DNA of 20,000 nucleotides from Xylographa opegraphella (Eukaryota). Made by a program: the position numbers and the translations under genes. Below the pieces are notes generated by a model. That model saw nothing but the letters and a program-made list of their open reading frames with translations, made no database searches and was not told where the DNA came from. This document shows, one piece after another, positions 10,557 to 20,000 of this stretch (position 1 is the stretch's first letter; each line of letters begins with the position of its first letter). The stretch is taken from the NCBI GenBank assembly GCA_022813865.1, contig JALDZX010000083.1:45988-65987 (forward strand). The letters run 5' to 3'.

Positions 10557-11513
10557 TCATGAAGACGTCGGCCGAGACTGCAAAATCCACTTGACCTCAT
10601 CAACCACGAGATCCGGCTCGTACACCTGCACATTGTGCCCGCTATTTTCGGTAAAGTGGTATCGACTGTGGCTCGACAGGCGAAGCTGTTCCCGCTGCAG
10701 CTTCTCCTCGAGCGCATCAAAAGTCGCGAACAGCTTGGTCACTTGGGCCCTCTGCTCCTCCGTTCCGTTCCCTCTTTCGGTCGCGGCCTTGAGGATGGCG
10801 TTCAGCTCCCTGATCGTGTTCGCCCTGACCACGCTGACCGGATACGACCCCAGGACTTGACGGTCGAACTGCTTGTGCGCTGCCAGTGCGTCCGCACTGC
10901 TCGCATAGTCCGCTTTTTCGAGTCCTACGTACTCGCCATCGTCGCCATTGTCGCTCGCCATGATGTCCCAGTCCTCTTCACTGAGTTTGTGGCTCTTCTT
11001 CATGCCGCAGACTTCGTAGTAGTTGATACCGTCCAACATGGCTTCCAGGAGCTCGTCGACAATGGGGCGATCGCTGTACGTTCTCTCTTGATTCGCATCT
11101 AGAAGGCAAAGACCCACCACGTCTTTCGGCCGCTGGGCCAGAAACAGTCTTGCTAGAATTCCACCGTAGGACTGCCCGACAAGCACGTATGGTGGTTCAA
11201 GGTGCATTGCCTTTAGAAGAGTAGATAGTTCCTCGGCGATGACCTCTCCAGTGCGTGGGGAGGGCGAGGGTGCTTTCTCGCTCTTGCCCAGACCGGTCCG
11301 GTCGTATGCCATGATGCGGGCGAAGCGAATGCAACCTCGTAGAACGGACGGCCATGAGGTTATGCTGCTTCCTAAGCCGGTCACGACAATGACAAGAGGC
11401 TCTCCAGCTTTACGGGTCGGACCTGCAATTTTCGCGAATAGCTTGTGCGTGCCTATCGAGACGAGACCTGATTTGTCGCCGGATTGCCAGTCGATGTCGG
11501 ATGAGTCGGCCAT
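10557..11513 (-). CDS. Alpha/beta-fold hydrolase (putative esterase; Abhydrolase_1/6 type), intronless, about 318 aa
   Basis: The first ATG is at 11513 in good context (TTCACAATGG); the ORF track start at 11561 is a GTG. Oxyanion region VVTGLGSS, YDRTGLGKS motif, nucleophile elbow LVGQSYGG, candidate acid LLDAN and catalytic His in SGHNVQVYEPDLV. Confidence 0.9.
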   Translation of the reverse strand: MADSSDIDWQSGDKSGLVSIGTHKLFAKIAGPTRKAGEPLVIVVTGLGSSITSWPSVLRGCIRFARIMAYDRTGLGKSEKAPSPSPRTGEVIAEELSTLLKAMHLEPPYVLVGQSYGGILARLFLAQRPKDVVGLCLLDANQERTYSDRPIVDELLEAMLDGINYYEVCGMKKSHKLSEEDWDIMASDNGDDGEYVGLEKADYASSADALAAHKQFDRQVLGSYPVSVVRANTIRELNAILKAATERGNGTEEQRAQVTKLFATFDALEEKLQREQLRLSSHSRYHFTENSGHNVQVYEPDLVVDEVKWILQSRPTSS

Positions 11514-12065
11514 TGTGAAATATTGTATTTGATAATCGGCATGTGGAAACTGTGGCAGCACAGATACTAAGGAAATGATAAAGGAGGACTTGAATAGAGC
11601 TCAGAGATCATTAGAGAAGATAGTAGAAATATTTTTGAATGTTTTATATCAAATATCGTACTTGAAAACGACCGCGTAGATATGGGAAAGGTAGATAGCA
11701 ATTCAAACACGTCGTCCGTATATGTACAACCAGGCGTCACACTGTCTTATTAGGCTGAAAATGCAACCCACCTTGCCACTATGAGGAATTGAAAAGACTA
11801 CCGGGTAATACGTTCCTCTGATAGCGGCGTAGCGCACTAAGCAAGATAGAGAAGGCGATACCCTCCGTACAATCTCCAGACAAAGCTGAGGTAACTTCAT
11901 CCCAGCATACCCTAATCGATATCCGAATCCGAACCCACCAATCACGGAAGGGCCGACGCCTAGCCCCCGGCCAGCTTTCATCCCCTACACCAGCTCTGCT
12001 CTGATACGCACTCCCTGACGCAAGACAGCTATGTGATACTCCTCAGCCACAGTCCCCATAAATAC

Positions 12066-13174
12066 ATGGCACCGCCTCCAGCTGTACGTCCGCACCACCT
12101 CCCGTCCGCGGTGCAACAGCTCACGCGAGCCAGACCCCCTCCCCGCACCGCTTCGTCCCCCAGTCCAGAGGCCGCGCTGACCCCAAGCCGCAATCCTCTC
12201 TGCGGAACCGCTACAGCCTACTGTCTTCTGCGAGCGCGCAGCAGCAGTTCGCGCCTACACCGAAGTTCTCGGCGCGGCCTTCCGCAAGCCACGAGGATGT
12301 AGCGGCTTCGACGGCGAGCTCGCCGCTGGTGTCGAGGGCGCGGCCGGCGTGGAAGGGGCAGCAGCGCGAGGAGATAGAGGAGACTGCGGAGTGGGACGGG
12401 GAGGAGGATGGCGACGAGGATCCCCGTCGTGAGGTGTCTGGCGACGAAGATGTCGCGGAACTTGAGCTGCCGGGTCAAGCACAACAGTCCCTTGGACCGC
12501 ATAAGCGCCGGCGCTCTTCCCCTCTCGCCGCTGATCGGGATGCTATCCGCATCTCTGACGACGACGACGAAGGCGATCCCGGTGCACTATCGCCAACCTC
12601 TGGCTCCTCCTCCCCGCTCGGCTCACCCACAACTACACACCTTCCACTCCCTCCCTCAGCAGCCGCTCACGGCATCCCCGCTAGCACCGCTACCACTCCA
12701 CGTTTCCACCTCGCCCCGCCCCCATCGACACCCACTCCGCTCAGCCTACCAAGATTCATCATCCCCACCCCCGCCCTCACGGAGCCTCCAGCTCCGTTGC
12801 CGGAAGCCTTCTCCCCACACCGCCGGGGAGCAAAGTACCTCCCTTCCGGGCTCGCGGCGACATGTCGGGACTGGGTTCTCTCGGCATCGCAGCTGGGTAC
12901 GCGGATGAGGAAGATCGAGAGCGGAGATGATGGGGAGGCCGAGTTGGCCGCGAGGGTGAGGGTGCAGGAGGTGAGGCATGGGCAGGGCATGGTGCTGGTG
13001 AGAAGCGGTAAGGGGGAGCGGTGGATGCTGATCGGAGGCCATCGAACCGGAGCGGGGCTGCGCGAGGGAGAGGTGGTGGGCGTGAAGAGGCCGGTGTGGG
13101 AGGTAGAAGTGGACGGCGAGACGTGGGGCGTTGGAGTGGAATGGGCTTTGCTAGGGGAGGCACGGGAAAGCTGA
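12066..13174 (+). CDS. Hypothetical protein, about 352 aa: disordered P/S/acidic N-terminus plus a C-terminal beta-rich (possibly OB-fold-like) domain, 2 exons
   Basis: ATG 12066, exon 1 12066-12083, 50-nt intron 12084-12133 (GTACGT..CTCAC..CAG), exon 2 12134-13174 in frame with ORF 12329-13174. Protein MAPPPATPSPHRFVPQ...QQFAPTPKFS...LPEAFSPHRRGAKYLPSGLAATCRDWVL...RVRVQEVRHGQGMVLV...WMLIGG...GLREGEVVGVKRPVWEVEVDGETWGVGVEW. Confidence 0.82.
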
Positions 13175-13282
13175 GGATCGAATGCATCGCACGATATTGC
13201 ACCACAAAAGGGAATCTCATGGCCATACTGTTCGGACGCCAATTCGGCGTCCTCTCTTGCTACCCAGCATCCTTCCACCCGA

Positions 13283-16200
13283 TCACTCAAATACCCCCAT
13301 CCCCAACGCTCCCAAAACCCCTCTCCTCATCTCCCCCACCCTGATCTTCTCTTCCTTCCTCCTCCTCTCCACCTCCTTCACCGCCTTATTCCGCTCCATC
13401 TCCCTCGCAAAATAGTTGATACTACTCCGCTTCGTACCCCCCCTCCGCACAAAGTCGCCCTTCTCCCCTCCCCCAGCCGCACGCTCCGTAACAGCAGTCG
13501 TGATACCGTGCGTCTCCGTCACCTGCGTCGTCGCTCTGCGCAGCAGACTCGGGACCTTGAAGCCCATACCGGGTACGGTATTCGGATCGTTGAAGGCGAG
13601 CCGCGTCGTCACGGAGGCGGAAGAAGCGGATTCGGCGCGCATCAGGGAGATGCGGTCGATGATATTGGCAGTGCGCCGCCGAGGGCCGAAGAGCTCGTGG
13701 CCGGGTTGCTGCGGGTTCTCGTTTTGGGCTTCCCCTTCTTCGTCCGACGTGTCTGAGTGAGGAATCTCCGTTGCGCCTTGCGGCTCTTCGATCAGGAACG
13801 AGACGGACTCGCGGATCTCGGCCAGAGTGGCGGGTTTCCTCATCGTTGGGACACGGCGCGCCTGAGGGGGAGGGCGGTTGGCGCCGTTAGGGAGCGATTC
13901 TTGCAGAGGTCGTTTACGCTTGAGGCCTGCGGACTCGGGCAACACGTTTTGCAGTTGAAAATCGGTGTTCTCCTGGCTTTCGAGGACGACCTCGGATGAT
14001 TCATCTTCGCGTTCGAGGAAATCGATATCCTCGTCATCCTCGCGATCTTCGATTGCGCGTAGGAACGCGAGCTTTTTGGGATCTTCCGCGATCTTGCCCA
14101 CGTTCTCATTTGCGAGCAGCGCTTTGCGCATCTTGGCAAACTCGCGTCTTTTGATCCGTCGACGGGCCTCGATGTCGTCGTCCGAGTCAGACAGATCGAA
14201 CTCTGTGCCGCGCTTTCTCCGCAGTCCGCCGTTGTTGATATCCTTGAAGAGTTTTTCTACGGCTTTGGCATCGCTTGCGCGCTCCTTGTCACTGTATATT
14301 GGAAGTTAGCGAACAATGTAGCACTGCGCAAGGCGGCATCACATACGCATAAAATGCAGCCAGCTTTCTCTCATCAACGTTGACCTCCCCTTCGTCGATC
14401 ATTTCCCGGACTTCTTCGTCATCCTCAGCCATACTGTCATCGTCACTGGCACCACCGAGTCCAGCATACTCGTCTTCAGACTCCTCAGCTTGTTCTTCAA
14501 CCATACCCTTCGCATCGCTCTTCTTCTTGTCGAACACTTCGATATTAGCATCCTTCTTCTTGCTTGCTATCTTCATGACGTCAAAAGCATCTGCTGAGAC
14601 CTTGAATTGTGCATGCTGCTCAGTTGATTGAGCTACGCCTGCATCCTCACTTACGTTCTCCTCGTCTGAGAAGATACGCACAACACTGCCACGACGTCGC
14701 AGTTTTCCTTTCTTCTTCACGATAGAAAACTGTACCTGTGCGCCTCCAGCAACAACGACCGTATCAACAGTTGACGGTGGAACCGAGACAAATCGTACAG
14801 CTAGAGGCGACGAGGAACCAAAGCCAGCGTCTTGTGTCGGATCTGGGATATCTGAGTATTGCGTGGCGATGGGAGGTGTATCATGCTGAATCTGTGATTG
14901 TGAGAAGTGAAGGTCAACGGCTGGAGCACTGAGAGCACCCGTCTGACTGTCCGGCACAATGGTATCGGGTCCATCCTCATCGAACATGGGAAAGTCTGGA
15001 TCTGGGGCCGCTCTCAAGAATGCAAGGGAGTCCTGTTCGAGCTCTGTACCTTGTGTGTTCTTACACCCTTGTGTCGGACTTTCAGCCATCGTAGCTTCAA
15101 ACGCTTGAGTGAGACCCATAGGAGCATTATCGGATCCTGGCAGTGCCGGTGGGAATGGATTTCCTGTCTCCTCCACCATTGGTTTCGTTGATGCATCTAC
15201 AAGTCCATCATCCTCATCGTCCTCATCTTCTATGATACGTTGAGGATTGTGTCGCCGCTTGTTTTGGATGGCTGGCAGTTGATACTCCATGTCATCGTCC
15301 TCACCAGCATCATCTGGTTTCTCTTCTGTTTCTTCGTCACTTTCTTCAATTGCTTCATTGTCAATGAGAGGGGTCAACGAAGTATTCTGAGGATTAAGCG
15401 TAACGCCTCCTGTCTCCTCTTCGTCTTCTGCTGCACCTGTATTTTCCTCCTCACCATCACTTTCATCTGAATCTGAAGCCCGATCTTCATCATCGACTTC
15501 CTCATCAGAACCAGAAAGCTCAAGATCTGGAACATCTACCTGGACATCCATGTAATCCTCGTCTTCATCGCTAGAGTCTTCTTCCATTCCGTTTGCCTGC
15601 CGCTCTTTTTTGGTTGCATTCTTTTCCTTCTTGGTGAGTTCTTCTCCTTCTCTTCTCGCCTTTTCCAATAGATCTTCAACATCAGCTTGATCTCGTTGCC
15701 GTTCCTCTGTTGTCTGAACGATGATGCCTCGATCCTTCAGATCCTGGATTTTCTCGGCACGTTCTCTCGCGGCCTGCTGACGAGCTCGCCTTTGTAACAA
15801 GGATTGCAATTGTCCCAGTGTCATTGATCCTTTGGTTTTATCACTTCGTTTGGAAGGAGATGTAAGATGAGCTAACACACGCAGAGTCTGGAGCGATCGT
15901 CTTTCTTCAACTTTGTTTGGCTGCAGTCTATCAAAAACATCCAGTTTACTACCTCGACATCTTTTAGCATGAACAATTTCCAGGTCATCCTCAAGTCCAT
16001 CCGACATGAGTGAAGTCTGATGGAACGGTTCCTTGGGCGGCCGAACTCGGATCGGAGGATGAGTGAAGACCGTCTTTTTGGACTTTGATAATTGCTGGTC
16101 TTGGAAAGGTTGAACAGGGTCTACGGCCTTGCCCTTACCCTTATCCTTAGCACATATGGGTGTTGACATAACGTCCTCCGGACTTGGTAGCTCCTCTTCG

Positions 16201-17537
16201 AAGTCAACCAGCGACTTGGTCTCACCAAAAGCAGATCCTGCGTCATTCGTCTCATTTCTAGAAATTTTCTTGTCAACAGCGTCTGAGAGGTCGGCTGGCT
16301 TAAGAGGGCTGGTAGGTGGTGTCTCGTGATCCATCACGCCTTCAACATCAGACACTGGTGTGGAACTGGCCGCTACTGAGGAATTATGCGATTTTGCAGC
16401 ATCTGTCGAAGGACGCTTAATAGGTCGGAAGTTGAATTTGGCTAGAAGACTCTCCTTGGTCACCTTCTTTTTTGTCTTGGCCTGATGTGCAAGCTGCATA
16501 TTACGACTCATACGCTGTGTCTCCCTGTTCATTTCTTCGAGCGCTTTCTTGCTAGCTTTGCGGGTCGGCCTGGTTTGTTGGGTGAGCTTGTCCTCCGTAG
16601 CACTATCATCCTCAATGTCGTCGTCTGATAAAACTCCAGCTATACTAGCACGGTTTTTCGCTTTCAATTGCCTCTCGGCACTCTTCTGTTCCTCGGCTGC
16701 AACTTTAGCTTGACGCTCTGCCCGCTTCTTTGCAACCAGTGCAAGAAATCGATTGTTTGCTTGAAGATCGCGAGGAGAGTCCGGGTGTGACTCAGGAGAG
16801 CTTCTTGCTACTTTTGAGCCCGATGAAGCGGCGGCTGGTTCGGGAGTCAGAAACAAGCCAGGAGAAGAAACATGTGTTCTAGGCGGGGTAGCTGGCTTTT
16901 GTCTTTCGGATGTAGGTGACCGGCTTGGAGATGAGCCGTGAAGTGGTGTAGATATTCGCGAGGAACGGCTGATCTTTGGTCCTGTCACTACCGGTCGTTT
17001 CTTGCGAGTCAAGAACTTTCTTGTCAATTTCATTTCCTGCTCGATGTTCGGACTGCCTTCGTGATTCAATGCTTCCGTGTTTTCAGCCGTATTATCTGTG
17101 TCCCCAAGTAATTGCTGGCGAATCCTATCATAAGCATTTGTCGGAGTATCGGAAGCATTCTCCAAGGCTGAAGCTTCATGATCGTGACCAATGTTCCCAA
17201 CAAGCCGAGCAGCCAATCTTCCCTGAGGACGTATAACATCGCTATCCTCGTCATCGTCATATCGACTCCCTCTGTCGCCGTGATTTGATTGTCCAAATGG
17301 ATCTCCTGCCCTTCCGCTGCCACTTCCATCTTCTCCTACTCTGTCAACGGTGGGAAATATGCTTGTATTTGTACGGGGCGTATCTTCTTCAGAGTCATCG
17401 TCAAGTGTAGCTAGTAAAGCCTTTACTCTGCTTCCCAGTGTGATTTGATCGTATATTGTAGATTCATCGTGATTTGACTGAGTGGAAGCTGCTACAGAGG
17501 CGTTTCCCGGCGAAGATAGCGATCTCTGGCTTGACAT
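13283..17537 (-). CDS. MRC1: Mediator of replication checkpoint Mrc1/Claspin-like protein, 2 exons, about 1399 aa
   Basis: Exon 1 17537-14347, intron 14346-14292 (GTATGT..GCTAAC..CAG), exon 2 14291-13283; this joins ORFs 14289-17687 and 13283-14131. Contains the basic block RKASKKALEEMNRETQRMSRNMQLAHQAKTKKK, long acidic tracts, an SQ/TQ cluster, and the MRC1-like domain MVEEQAEESEDEYAGLGGASDD...AAFYADKERASDAKAVEKLFKDINNGGLRRKRG. Confidence 0.92.
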
Positions 17538-17545
17538 CGTTACGG

Positions 17546-17673
17546 TCGCGGACGCAATGCTGGATCCTAAGTCGATGAAGAACACCGCGTTAGAAGTTAT
17601 TGCAGCGTTCTCAACCTCGCGAACGCGGTTGTGGAAGTCCGGGTAGTCTGTGGGAGACGCGACCCAGACGCGT
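17546..17673. promoter_or_regulatory. Cluster of MCB-like (CGCG-core) elements upstream of MRC1
   Basis: One perfect ACGCGT at 17668-17673, plus ACGCGA 17657, ACGCGG 17623, TCGCGA 17617, CCGCGT 17585 and TCGCGG 17546: six CGCG cores within about 130 nt of the MRC1 ATG. MRC1 is an MBF-regulated G1/S gene in yeasts. Confidence 0.65.
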
Positions 17674-18070
17674 AGATATACCCACACGGTTAAGGCCCTA
17701 CCAAAGTGTTCAGGTTCGGGGCCGGAGGAACCATAACAGCGAAGCTCCTAGGTCTTAGCATAAAACCAAGCCCCTAATGCTCCTAAAACAAAAGTACAGA
17801 AACATTATGGAACAAAAATACTGTATAGAAGGAAGGATTCTCTTTGGTAGAAATCATATCCAACTCATGTTACACTTTTACCCATAAAGTACAGAGAATT
17901 CAATACTATTAGCACAAAAACGAATAAACATCTGAGACCTTAAGCCAGTTTGCTGTGCATTTCTATTAATTCAATGACGAATGCGAAGTTGTTTCGAGTT
18001 CTCGGTCTTGATTGAAGGCATTATCCCAGTGTAATTTTGTGGCTCAAGCTCTCTCAAACCACGCAGGACA

Positions 18071-19070
18071 ATGATGGCACTCCCTTCGGAACCAGAAGCT
18101 GAGATAACCCTCAAAACATTGTATGGAGAGATCTCATATGAGGAAGCCGCTGACCAGGAGACCAATATCCTACCAATGCTGACATATTGACGGAAGATGG
18201 ACGACTACGGTAGCTATCTCCTCGAACACAAAAAGGAGATAAAAAATATCGTGTCACGCTACCTACGTCTCAAAGGTACCGAGATATACTCTCTCTCACC
18301 TCCTCCAGAGTGGAATTATGGTAGCTTCAATCTCTGCTTGCCTGTTACCATCATTAACTGGAGGAAGCGCCCTGGTGGAACGGTGATTATTCGCTTTCCG
18401 CTCCCGTTCAAAGTCGGCGAATCGAAATTTCCAGACAACTCCGACGAGAAGCTTCGTTCTGAAGTGGCTACTTATGCCTGGATTGGCGAGAACTGCCCGG
18501 AAGTTCCTCTCCCATATTTGTGGGGGTTTGCATTCGCCGGTAGTTCCTGTGTAAGTCTTCTTTTCAGGTTTACCGAAAGGTTACGAGATGAAATTTGTTA
18601 ATGCATGTCCATGTAATATAGTTCGCTACGTTAAATAATGCTTCGTTCCTCTCTCGACTTTTCGAAACACTTCGACGCCAAATCTACCCACTGCTTAATT
18701 ACCCTGTCCCCTGCCAGTAAATCCAATTGAACTGTCTTTAAAGCCTCAATGTAGGGCATATAGTCATTGATTACATCGAACCTGCTAATGCGGAAATGCT
18801 TTCTTTGACGTGGGAAACGAGGCGACAAGACGAGCACGCAAGAACCAATCTATCTCGCGGTCTATCACGCATTATGCTTGCGCTTGCAAAAATTCCATTG
18901 CAACTTATTGAGTTTTTTACTATGGATAACAAGGGAGTCATCAGTCTCTCGAATCGCCACTAAGGCTTCAGCCACATCAACTTGAGAACGAGGGCATTCC
19001 AACGGATATTAATAGAGATACAACATATACCTCTATGGAGCCTTTCCTGCTCGACATTCTAGCTTGTTTT
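18071..19070 (+). pseudogene. Disabled APH/choline-kinase-like phosphotransferase family gene
   Basis: Reads from ATG 18071 with an in-frame TGA at 18188, then WNYGSFNLCLPV...VIIRFPLPFKVGE...DEKLRSEVATYAWIGENCPEVPLPYLWGF. After intron 18551-18621 (GTAAGT..TAG) there are TAA stops at 18718 and 18739, then HIVIDYIE...MLSLTWE...LSRIMLALAKIP, an apparent 1-nt frameshift at about 18958, and QLENEGIPTDINRDTTY...LLDILAC. No catalytic HxD or DWE motifs are found afterwards. Confidence 0.82.
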
Positions 19071-20000
19071 GCTCATAGCGAACTAGACCTCAAGGCCGAC
19101 GGGCAGAACATGCAGCAGTACCTAAACCTTAGTCGAACTATACATAGATCATCTAAGTTACCCTCGCTACCGGTAGCCAGGAAGGAAACCACATGTCGGG
19201 GACCGCCCGATTTAGAAGCATTAATCAGCTGCGTGACAAGATTTGTCGCGAAGCGTATCCAAGAATGTTAGTGGACAATAAGCTCTTGTCGAGGCCTTCG
19301 GTAGTTTCTATAGTGAGATGTATCAGTCGCGTTGGAGCCATTCAGGGTTGGTATAAATTTGGATGATTGGATCCATTAAGTGAAATTGAGATACCATATC
19401 GTCATTTCATCTGCATATCCCCGCGCTCAAGAACAGAAGGTTGATCTTTTCCTCCTCGACCTGGTTCTCTCGCATACCGGTGATTACTCTACGGTTCAGG
19501 TATCAAGAAAGTACGACGATTGATTAACTGCAATAACATGAGCAAGCACATCAAGACTGCAAGCAAATAGGCTTCAACGGTACGAGTACAGAGTACATCT
19601 ATTCAGCTGCGTTCAGAGAAGGTGTCTCAACTCTGGACATGTATTAATTGTATCAATCGAGAGGTCAGATCACATGATCTTTGACTCTCGGATCAATGCT
19701 GTCTTCGTGTGTAGAATGATATAGCATGTATAGAGCATTATTACCATTGAGTGCCCCAGTCGAGATCGCGTTCATGGGTTTGACCAGGCTGTATAGTAAG
19801 GCTAGCTTCGCATGGAGCACGGGCTGGCCTGCTCCGTCGCGTAATGTCTCGTTACGAGCTGTAGCAGGCGTCCGCAGGTTATGGCAGGCGGTAGGAGTTT
19901 TCCCGGGTTAATGCACGGCCCGATGCCAATGCACCACCCCCCAGCATTTCACCACCCATGTTTTATCGCGATATATTAACAACTACTAATGCGTTATTAT

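Noticed and set aside
12218..13999. Long antisense and alternative-frame ORFs (e.g. 12667-13290 minus, 12408-12908 plus, 13416-13760 plus)
   Set aside because: Shadow ORFs expected in GC-rich coding sequence; they are low-complexity and overlap better-supported genes.
17538..17687. 50-codon GTG-initiated N-terminal extension of MRC1 in the ORF track
   Set aside because: Non-ATG start, overlaps the MCB-like promoter cluster, and an ATG in good context (ACGATGT) exists at 17537.
18071..19070. RIP as the cause of pseudogenisation
   Set aside because: Only one of the three stops (TAA 18739, if from CAA) fits CpA-to-TpA. CpA/TpG dinucleotides remain common and a frameshift is present, so ordinary decay is sufficient.

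Overview
Gene-dense eukaryotic DNA from a filamentous ascomycete (Pezizomycotina-type short GT-AG introns with CTRAY branch sites). Nine protein-coding genes can be reconstructed by hand, seven of them spliced, so the ORF track is often wrong about their ends. In order: a probable mitochondrial pentatricopeptide-repeat (PPR) protein (minus, runs off the left edge and is absent from the ORF track); 20S proteasome alpha-1 (SCL1/PSMA6); a 4-exon 180-aa protein of unknown function; a low-molecular-weight protein tyrosine phosphatase; a class I chitin synthase; an intronless alpha/beta hydrolase; a 352-aa unknown protein with a disordered N-terminus and a small beta-rich C-terminal domain; and the replication-checkpoint mediator MRC1, which has an MCB-like CGCG cluster upstream. 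The ninth is a disabled APH/kinase-like phosphotransferase pseudogene in the more AT-rich sequence after about 17.7 kb. I see no RNA genes, CRISPR arrays or intact transposons. The most interesting lead is speculative: the C-terminal domain of the unknown gene convergent with MRC1 resembles, from memory, a segment of metazoan SPIDR, so it may be an unrecognised fungal recombination factor.
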